Source: Amoebidium appalachense
Taxonomy: Eukaryota > Protista > Ichthyosporea
Length of the DNA: 64,000 bases
Assembly: GCA_963693365.1 (NCBI GenBank)
Contig: CAVNZM010000003.1
Location: forward strand, 3,419,106-3,483,105
Reading direction: 5' to 3'
Part shown: positions 40,293 through 64,000 of the stretch, piece after piece
Position numbering within the stretch: the stretch's first letter is position 1
Layout: each line of letters starts with the position of its first letter
The notes under the pieces: generated by a model
Databases searched by the model: none
Seen by the model: only the letters and a program-made list of their open reading frames with translations
Told to the model about the DNA's origin: nothing
Translations under genes and position numbers: made by a program

Positions 40293-40824
40293 TCTGTGAG
40301 AGAGTCTTTGCGTGTGGGACAGGGACGGGGAAGTGTGCCAGTGTGTGTGTTCTCTGAGTGTGTTGTGCGTGGGCGAGCAAGCCTGAGGTGTGCGTGCTTG
40401 CATGTTTATCAGTGAAAGGAGAGGGGGAGGTGGCCGAAGCAAGAGATTTGGCTCCGGATAGTCGTCGAGAAGGATAACAGCAGGGGGGGGGGGGGGGGGG
40501 GGGGGGCGGGGGGGGGGGGGGGGGGGGGGGGGGGGAGGGGGGAGGGGGGGAGGGGGGAGGGGGGCATGAGTAAAGGCAGATAACTTTGTTTTGGAGGGGA
40601 GAGGAAACGGAGTGGGCGGGGGCGGGGGGAGGGTGGTAATGGTGGTCGTGGAGGGGGGAGGGGCAAGAGAGAGGGGGGGGGGGGGGGAGAGAGAGAGAGA
40701 GAGAAATAGACTGAGAGAGGGGGGGAAGGGGGGAGAGAGTGAGAGAAAGAGGGAGACGGGGGGAGAGAGAGAGAGGGACTCGGAGGGAGGGAGGGAGGGA
40801 GGGGGGAGGGAGGGAGGGAGGGAG

Positions 40825-40867
<43 letters not shown>

Positions 40868-40896
40868 GGAGTAAGGGAGGGAGAGAGAGAGAGGGT

Positions 40897-40937
<41 letters not shown>

Positions 40938-40975
40938 GAAGCAAAAGATCCAGCCTTGCCCCCCCCTCTCTTCCC

Positions 40976-41007
<32 letters not shown>

Positions 41008-41036
41008 AAAAAAAAAAAAAAGCAGATGAAGGTGCA

Positions 41037-41071
<35 letters not shown>

Positions 41072-41779
41072 ACCACTACCACAAGCAAAAGTCCCCAGAG
41101 GTGACTAGGGAACTTGGAGAGAAGGGGGGAATGGGGGACTGAAAGTTGGGGAAGAGAGGGCCCGGGGAGAGGGGGGAGAATGTATGCTCCTCGGATCACC
41201 ACTTAGTTAACGGAAACGCACAGCCGGCTGCCAGTAAAATTAGCCCATGAGACTACCGGAACCGCAGACTGTTCTTATGAAATTTCACGAGGCCCTCCTC
41301 TATCCTTTCTCTTATTATCGCTGGCAGCATCACTCGGGTACACATGAAAGCTTAACCTTGTTAGACAGTTGTTTTTCTTTCTTTCTTTCTTTTTTTTTTT
41401 TGAAAAATAGCGGAGCACCGCCAAACTCTTTGTACAGCTCTGGCAGCTCAGAGGAATGCGTGCTGGAACGTTTGCGTGCCTGACAGAGGCCAGAAATTAG
41501 ATACAAATGAAGTAGAATACATACACACCCTGCATGTCATATATTTATAGATTGGGCTGGTTTTAGAGCTCAGCCCCCCCCCCCCCCCCCCCCCCCCCGG
41601 CCCCCCAACCCACCCACCCAACCACCCACCGCGCGCAGCACGCCCACCCTCCTTGCAAAGCTTCCCCCTCCTTCTTCCTTCCCCGACAAAAAAAAAAAAG
41701 AAGAAGAAGAAGAGGGGAGGGAGGGGAAGGGGAGGGGAGGATGTGAGTTTATTCATCGCTCCCTCCTCTCCCCCCCCCC

Positions 41780-41850
<71 letters not shown>

Positions 41851-41870
41851 AGAGGGGGGGGGAAGGGGGG

Positions 41871-41914
<44 letters not shown>

Positions 41915-41944
41915 GTTGTTGTTGGGGGGGGGGGGGGGGAGGAA

Positions 41945-41986
<42 letters not shown>

Positions 41987-43492
41987 GGGGAGGGGGCCCT
42001 GGCCGGGGGGGGGGGGGGGGGGGGATGACCTAAATTAATGATATCGGCCTCTTTTTTTTTAAGGGAGGGGCGCGGAGGGGGGGGGGGAAGGGGGGGGGGG
42101 AGGGGGGGAGGGGGGGGGGGGGGGGGGAGGGGGGGTTATGTACATGCATATGTCTACTGTCCCGCTTATGGGTGCTACGTCTTGTCACATTAATATTATT
42201 GATAAGGCCTAATATTAGGGTACGGTAAACAAATCTTAGGATGGTGTGTGCCACATGTACATGATAACGGATACATATATCAGCTTTTTGAAAGGCTCCA
42301 CGCATTATCGCACACGCGCCGCGCGCGTGTAGGAACAGAAACACACAACAACAATTACATTTTTAAAGTCAGATGTAGACACGGACGGTTTGAACCCAGT
42401 CTCAGTGATACAGTGACTGAGCTCGCTCACAAATGAATCATTCCACTGCTCTCAGGTCACCTCCGCATCAATTTTGAATGTTATGAAAGGGTGGTCAATT
42501 TGCCACTCTAGAGTACATCTAAAATGTATTTTGGGACAATGACAGCCATTACCTATGCTCAAGCTTATAAAAAGCACAGTTTTCTGAAACTCTGGGAAGG
42601 TGGACCGCGGCCCGCGGGTCCGCGACCCCTGCCAACAGGCGAGTTCAACCCAACCAGTCGGGCTGGGAGCCGGCGTCGCCGGCCGGCCGGAGATTCAATT
42701 TTTGGACCCCCTAAAACTCCCATTTTGGGGGGTGTCGATTGAAGCGTCATCCTCGGAGTATCTGTGGACGGCGGCTGCCCGGCGTTATTTTCTATTTCAT
42801 AGATTTACAAGTACCATTGGAAACTGGATTCTCTTGGGGTCTCTAAGATTTATATGGCAGATCACAATAATAATAGCAACCTATATTGTTCTAATGTCTC
42901 TAACATACTTATTCTGAAATTTTACAAAAACGTTGAATTTCCGATACTTTCCGTTAGTTTGGGAGGAGAGTTTGTTTACCTCACTAACCAATAGGAGGGC
43001 GTCGAAAACAAGCAGATCAAGATGGCGGAATGTATCAAGCCCTGAGTTCCAGGGTGTGTAATATGCGAACACTCCTCACTGGTGAAAGGCCTCTTTCCGC
43101 TATTTGTGAAACCCCCAGATGTATCTCCCAACTGGGCATGATTTACCTGTGTGCACTCGTGTTGACTAGCCGTTTTTGGATAAACATACTGGTGACAGTT
43201 CCACAACACATTGAGATTCAGCCCCGTATGCATGGTGACGCAGTCTGTCACAGAAGCACATACTGCACATTCCACCGAAAATCGACATCTGAATTCTCAT
43301 TGGCTCATGCTGAAGATCTGCAGGACTCTGCAGGTATATAATCGGGAACGGCGCCACAGTGTCCAGGTCAGTCAATCACAGTCATCATCTGGTGCATCAC
43401 CCCTTTTCGAAGCTTCAAATTTCGCTTTCCGAATATCCACTACTGCGCGCTACTCTCGTAACCCCTCTGTTTCAACCAGCGAATTCTAAAAA

Positions 43493-44557
43493 ATGGCAGC
43501 TGCCCACATGTCCCTTCCACCTGTCTCAGTCGCTGCTACCCCTGCTGCCCCGGCAGCTGCTGCTGCCGCCCCACCTGCTGCCTTGAGAATTGCTAGAGCA
43601 CCCGCCGCACCAGCTGTCGCTGCAGCTGCCGCCCCCGCTGCCGCTGCCCCCGCTGCCGCCGCCCCGGCTGCTGCCTTCAGAATTACTGGAGCGGCGGCCA
43701 ATGCAGCTGCCGCCCCCGCTGCTGCTGCCCCGGCGGCCGCTGCACCAGCTGCTGCCGCCCCCGCTGCGGCTGTGAGAATTGCTAGGGCACCCGCGGTCCC
43801 TGCTGCCGCCGCCCCGGCTGCTGCTGCACCAGCTGCTGCCGCCCCGGCTGCTGCTGTGAGAATCGCTAGAGCACCCGCTGCCCCGGCTGTCGCTGCAGCT
43901 GCCGCCCCCGCTGCTGCTGCCCCTGCTGCTGCTGCCCCGGCTGCTGCCGCCCCCGCTGCTGCTGCCCCGGCTGCTGCCGCCCCGGCTGCCGCTGCACCAG
44001 CTGTAGCTGTGAGAATTGCTAGAGCACCCGCCACCCCAGCTTCCGCTGCAGCTGCCGCCCCCGCTGCAGCTGCCGCCCCGGCTGCCGCTGCCGCTGCACC
44101 AGCTGCTGCCGCCCCGGCTGCTGCTGTTAGAATTGCTAGAGCACCCGCCGCCCCGGCTGCCGCTGCAGCTGCCGCCCCCGCTGCTGCTGCCCCGGCTGCT
44201 GCCGCCCCCGCTGTTGCCGTCAGAATTCCTAGAGCACCTGCCGCCCAGGCTGCCGCTGCAGCTGCCGCCCCCGCTGCCCCCGCGGCTGATTCCTTTGGGC
44301 CATTCCTCACCAACAGCTACCTTGGGCTGCCCCATGTGTTTGTGGCTCGCAGTGTGGCGCCTGTGGAGGTCTCACCGGGCATTGGTGGCAGCACCCACGA
44401 TGCAGCGACGGGATTGGCTGCGGGGGGCATCCTGGTGGCCTTTGTGGCCCTCATTGCCTTGGTGGCTGTGCGCAGGTCAAAGCCCAGCCACAATGCATAT
44501 GCTGCGACTGAAGAAGGTGGCATTGATGTAAATGCCACCGGCGAAAGCCTGGTGTGA
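43493..44557 (+). CDS. Ala/Pro-rich single-pass membrane protein, paralogue C (354 aa) with expanded (PAAAA)n-VRIARA repeats
   Basis: Intact intronless ORF with varied third codon positions, seven [VLF]RIxxA-punctuated blocks, and the shared C-terminal LGLPHVFVARSVAPVEVS...GGILVAFVALIALVAVRRSK...GESLV. TATA at ~43336. Confidence 0.85.
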   Translation: MAAAHMSLPPVSVAATPAAPAAAAAAPPAALRIARAPAAPAVAAAAAPAAAAPAAAAPAAAFRITGAAANAAAAPAAAAPAAAAPAAAAPAAAVRIARAPAVPAAAAPAAAAPAAAAPAAAVRIARAPAAPAVAAAAAPAAAAPAAAAPAAAAPAAAAPAAAAPAAAAPAVAVRIARAPATPASAAAAAPAAAAAPAAAAAAPAAAAPAAAVRIARAPAAPAAAAAAAPAAAAPAAAAPAVAVRIPRAPAAQAAAAAAAPAAPAADSFGPFLTNSYLGLPHVFVARSVAPVEVSPGIGGSTHDAATGLAAGGILVAFVALIALVAVRRSKPSHNAYAATEEGGIDVNATGESLV

Positions 44558-45466
44558 TTATAGGATAAGTTGAACTGCTGCTTACGGAGAAAGAAGTATA
44601 TCCCATCGAGCACATGTTTTGTGATACGTGCTGATTGGTACTCAGTAATAACTTAGTTTTATTGAGCATCATGCCTCCATACTACAAAATTTTGTAAACT
44701 TGCATTTACTAAGTTAGTGAATCGTATACAGCTACGGTACTGTAATTACATTATCACGTTGAGCGCAGCTCGAATGCTGTCATGATCGGCCGATACCAAC
44801 TTCGTATTGTAAATAAAATGTCAAAAATGAGTTCAACGGCTAAATGTGACAATATGTTCTACATAGCTATTGTAACAAACTGATATACTTAATTAATACC
44901 CTACATATGAATCCAGAGTTATCCCTTTTTACCCTTCCCATGCATCACCCCACGGCAACACGTGTACCGTAGTCTCCCCCCTTAACACCAGCCCCCCCCC
45001 CCCCCCCTCCCCCCCCCCCCCCCCGGCCCCTTGGCTGATTCTTTCTTCCTTTCAACGTTGAACACCCTTCCGCAGCTAATCAATCCTCTGATATCATGCC
45101 GGTCACAGCAGTATCAGTACTCAAGTGTTGAGGCTAAGTTGCATTGACATAAAATTCTTCTCGTTTTTATTAGCATCTTATATCCATTCCGCGTTTTTGA
45201 CTGGGTACCAACCCACAGGGAATTTTATCTACCAATCGTACAAACTGAGAAATTTAGAAAAAAAACTGCTCCGGCGAGCTTGCACTAGGTGTTGATTATA
45301 AATCCGCAAACCCATCATGTTAGTGCGGCCGTGATTAAAAATAATGTCAGAATTACACTACGGAATTCAGCGTGCTACCTCAAAAAGGAAGAGGAAACAA
45401 AAGATAAATACATTTTTTTAATAAAAAAAAAAATCACCAGAAATAACTTAACAGAAGGGGGAATGT

Positions 45467-45511
<45 letters not shown>

Positions 45512-45741
45512 CCTCCAGAGATACCTCAAAAAGAAAAAAGAAGGAGAGATATACTTAAAAAAACACCCCTCACGAGAATATCAAACTTCCTACACATGTG
45601 TGGCATCACCTTCTGCAAAATCCAACTTGAGAGGCACACACGCGCTGCGCGCGCGCACACACACACACACAAATACATACACACACGCACACACACACAC
45701 ACGCACACACGCACACGCGCGCACGCACACACACATGCATG

Positions 45742-45847
<106 letters not shown>

Positions 45848-46373
45848 AAGACACGCAAAAAAACACACGTGAAAACATCATGATGCGAGAAAACCCCAAT
45901 ATGCTCCTATGTGTGAGTCTTGTTGCATAAGTTATAACCACAACATTTCCGATTTTCTGGTTATGGATCCATTATATAAGCAAAAAACCCCGTTAGAGGC
46001 ACAAGACAAGACATTGTCTTATTATCAAAAACAAACTTATCTATTTCCTCTCAAGATGATCACGGTGTATATACAACACACATCTCGCATGATTCTTTGA
46101 CAGGGATTTCACAAGCATACACTAACACAGCATATACAGGCACCATGCACCATCACTCCACGTTCAGCATCACCACCGGAACCCCCCCCCCCCCCCCCCC
46201 TCTCCCCGGGCGAATCGCGTCATCTTAATCATCTTCTTGTATTCCACTGTATTCGAGATCGGAAAAGCAGATAAAATAATAATCGTGCAACGTCACATGG
46301 ATCTCTTGCATTTCATGCATTCCATCCTGCATTCCACAGGGCCAGAGGCATGATATTCCTGCCATCTGATTGG

Positions 46374-60612
<14,239 letters not shown>

Positions 60613-61474
60613 GTTGGAACAAATTGGTCTCAAGATGTTTGCTTGGTGCATGAGGCTCAAAGTAGCCGGAGGGGAGTAAGGATCTGCGGCTTGAAGGGAG
60701 TAGACGTCCTTCAAAGCTCGTAGATTTTTCTACTGGATTGCGAAATATAACTTCGAGAAAGTGTTGGCTTACCCAGAGTATGATATAAGTTACACATTGT
60801 TTTCTTTTTCCTGCACAATTCAACTTCACTGAGTGAATAAAATAATTTCGAAGCCTGGTTTTTATTGCTATATTTGGTGTTTTCTTACTACGTGTGATTC
60901 GTGCATCTTTGAATCATAGTTAATCTATTTATCTTTTTTTAGTAGCACGTTTCAGGCTACTCCAAAGAAAACGTCAGCAAACTGAGCAAAGCAAGGCCTT
61001 CTGTCGAAACCTCCTTGTTTGTAGCGCACTTCAGATTCCATGTTTTGGTCAAGATCGAGTGTGTTGATTTCGTTAATAGTAACTCGGCGCTTTGCATTGC
61101 GAAAATGCATAGCGCTAGCTATAAGCGAAGTGGTTATCCATAAGTTCCCTCCGTTTTCCGCTGGGTTTCTGGGGCTTCCTTTTTGATTTTCAGAGAAAAC
61201 CCACCACTTAAAATGGTCGACTAAACCTTCCTTTTTTGCTCAGCGGTTTTTGTTTCGAGTTCCATGTTTGGTTACGCTAAGTGTAGCCATAATCAACGTT
61301 AGTTTAGTGCGGCTTCTTTTTGTGTTGTGCGGGACCTTTTTCCGCTGAACAGGAAGTTAGTTCTTTTATAAAATCTACTTATTCCTTTGTAAACCCCGTG
61401 AATTCCTCTAGTACCCTGTGACACCCTGACGGGATCCCTGACCAAGAGGTTTCGTACTTCTGCTCTAGTTGAAA

Positions 61475-62942
61475 ATGACAAATATTCCCCCTGGCATCAG
61501 ACCGCCCTGGGGGCAGGGTTCAGGCGTCCGTGCCATGCCCAAATACCTGCCGTTCCCCAGATATCCCGTCATGCAGTTTCCCACACTTGCGAGCGGGACA
61601 GTAGGAGTGGGAGAAGGAGGAAGGAATGCGAGAAAGATGAAAGTGTGTCCGCACTGTAAGGGATGTGGTTTGGTAGAGGATGGTGCGGTCGTAAATGTGA
61701 ACGTTAAAGAAGAAGACCTTGAAACCAGCACGCAAGACTGATGAGGACCAGTTGGGAAACAATGGTGGGGAGGAGAACGAAGATGACGAGAGAGACACGT
61801 CAATGCAGGAAGACTCGGAGCAGGATGGGGAGGAGAGGAAAGAGACAAGCGAAGACGTGCGTGGGACTCAGCCTTTTGCGAAAATGTTTGTTCCTGTCGT
61901 TCAAGGTGTTAGCACGTCTTCCTTTACACGTGCCATATATGGCAGAGGGTTTTTCCGCCCGTCCGCGAGACCGCCACGGCAAAACCGCCCTGGCCTACGT
62001 TTGTTGGCACCCAGACCATCAGACGTGAACCAGACAGACGTAAATACGACAGAAGAACCGCCACCTCCATCTCAACGTAATCTCCGTCCGTTGGCACCCC
62101 GAACACCAAACGAAAGCCCGATCCAAGAGGAAAGAGAGGAACTCCAACCGGAAAACGGAAAAAAGAAGAAGGGAGTTAGCCTGTGTGACGTGTGTCAGTT
62201 CGAAACCACAAGCCAGTCAGTCATGGATAGGCATGTTGCCACACATACGATGAAGACTAAGATTTCATGTGCACCCACACTGGATGCCGCAAGCTGTTTG
62301 CATCGGAAGAGCAACTCGAGAAACATATGCAAAGACACGAAACTTTTGTGTGTGCTAGCGAGGGTTGTGGTTACGTCACTTCGAGACGGAGCGAATTCAT
62401 CATTCACGAGTGAAAACACACGGGGGAGAAGCCGTTCACTTGTGAGCATCCAGGGTGTGGTGGGCGGTTTGTGTCGCTCGGTTCTATGCAATGCCACACC
62501 AGGATTATGCATTCCGATCTTCCCATCGAACGAAAAAGGCCTTTTGCATGCACCCATGAGGGGTGCCTATTTAGGTCGCACGGCAAGAAAATGTTGGAAG
62601 ACCACATGTGGTCGCACACAGGCGATAAGCCGTTCCCGTGCCCGTTCCCCGGTTGTTCGGCGAGATTCGGCACCAAGACTCAGAGAGGACGCATACGCAA
62701 AGGCACCTTGGAACGAAGAATTGACATGTCCAATTGAGGGATGCAGTTACGGGTCAAGTGTGAGGGCGGCAAGAGATGCGCATTTGAGAACACATACCGG
62801 TGAGAGACCGTTCGAGTGCCATCAGTGCGGGGCCAGGTTTCGGCATGCGAGTAATCTTACGGTGCATGGGAAGTCGCACAGGAAGGGTTTATTGAGAAGA
62901 ATTGGACGACATGGGGGTGCACATGTGCGCTTCACTGTGTAA
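61475..62942 (+). pseudogene. Intronless C2H2 zinc-finger gene (8 fingers, acidic N-terminal region), disrupted
   Basis: Fingers with HTGEKPF/HTGDKPF/HTGERPF linkers are spread over several frames. Frameshifts at ~61735, ~62260 and ~62685-62715, and an in-frame TGA at 62411-62413 where the paralogue has CGA. Confidence 0.8.
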
Positions 62943-63276
62943 AATGAAGGGGGGGGGGGGGGGGGGGGGAGGGATGGATGGCTATAGCTACGCCGTATAC
63001 GTGCTACTATTTAACGACTAGACCGACATGTGAGTGCTTTCTGAACAATATCCAAGGCCTGGGAGTGGGGCCCTCGCGTTGGATTCGATCAATATCGTTG
63101 ATTTGTGAGAAGTGGATGGGACTCGAGGGAAAACCGTAGTACTAATATTTAATACATAGTGTGTTTAAACAAAACGTAAAAGGCCTCATAGAGGCTTGCT
63201 TCACCGGCGTCACCACAAGGCTTTTGTTCAGTCACTCTTGTTTTCCATCAGTTTTATCGTGACCGTTGGTATACGC

Positions 63277-63949
63277 ATCATGGATAGGGATGTTGCCACC
63301 CATACGATGAAGACTAAGGATTTCCGAAGTGCACACACACTAGATGCCGCCATCGGTTTGCATCGCAAGAGCAGCTCCAGAAACACATAAAAAGGCACAA
63401 AACGTTTGTGTGCGCCATCGAGGGTTGCGGTTACGTCACATCGAGACAGAGCGAGTTCATCATTCATGAGCGAAAACACACGGGGGAGAAGCCGTTTACT
63501 TGTGAGCATCCTGGTTGTGGTGGCGGTTTGTGTCGCTTCATTCTATGCAACGCCACGTCAGGACTTTGCATTCGGATCTTCCCATTCCCAAACCCTTTGC
63601 ATGCACCAAGGAAGGGTGCCTGTTCAGGGCACGCCAAAAGAGAGAGTTGGAAGACCACATGCGCACGCACACAGGCGAGAAGCCTTTTCCGTGCACGTTC
63701 CCTGAATGTTCGGCGAGATTCGGCTCCAAAGCTCAGCAGAGGTTGCATACGCAAAGGCATATGGGAACAAAGAAATTCACATGTTCATTTGAAGGATGCA
63801 GTTACAGGTCAAGTGACAAGACGTCGAGGGATGCGCACCTAAGGAGACATACCGGGGAGAAACCGTTTGAGTGCAAAGAATGCGGGGCCAGGTTTCGCCA
63901 CTCGAAAAATCTTCGGGTGCACGAGAGGGCGCACAGGAAGGGAGGATGA
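63277..63949 (+). pseudogene. 5'-truncated tandem paralogue of the C2H2 zinc-finger gene (fingers 2-8)
   Basis: Homology starts abruptly in the middle of finger 1 (catggatagg.atgttgccac). Frameshifts at ~63325 and ~63521; HTGEKPF x3; ends HERAHRKGG*. Confidence 0.75.
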
Positions 63950-64000
63950 GAAGGCAACATGGACTACATGTGAGTGGTGCATGCCGACCATGCGCCGACC

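Noticed and set aside
43486-44335. Long antisense ORFs over paralogue C
   Set aside because: Expected shadow of GCN/CCN codon repeats; the promoter and family conservation support the plus strand.

Overview
Eukaryotic, intron-rich DNA crowded with poly-G/poly-C runs and (CA)/(GT)/(GA) microsatellites. Most ORFs in the supplied track are artefacts of these repeats. Several 1-nt frameshifts sit in homopolymers, which suggests long-read errors. Manual splicing gives these genes: (1) a minus-strand protein with at least 4 tandem NTF2/SnoaL-like repeats that runs off the left edge; (2) a secreted protein with two chitin-binding type-2 (CBM14) domains; (3) a cathepsin B-like pseudogene; (4) a complete 8-exon ZMYND19 homologue (HNH-like plus MYND finger); (5) a secreted Gly/Pro/Asn-rich repeat protein; (6) a tandem family of three Ala/Pro-rich single-pass membrane proteins in nested segmental duplications; (7) a 15-exon GH13 alpha-amylase-family gene; (8) two intronless, disrupted C2H2 zinc-finger genes. 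Four MITE-like elements, a poly-A retroposed insert with a 15-bp TSD and a dispersed intronic repeat are also present. The gene content suggests an opisthokont, possibly a unicellular holozoan, but this is inference only. The most unusual patterns are (CA)n tracts replacing the polypyrimidine tract at many 3' splice sites, minisatellites built from branch-point/acceptor modules at four intron ends, and the periodic R-x-x-R-punctuated Pro/Ala membrane-protein family.
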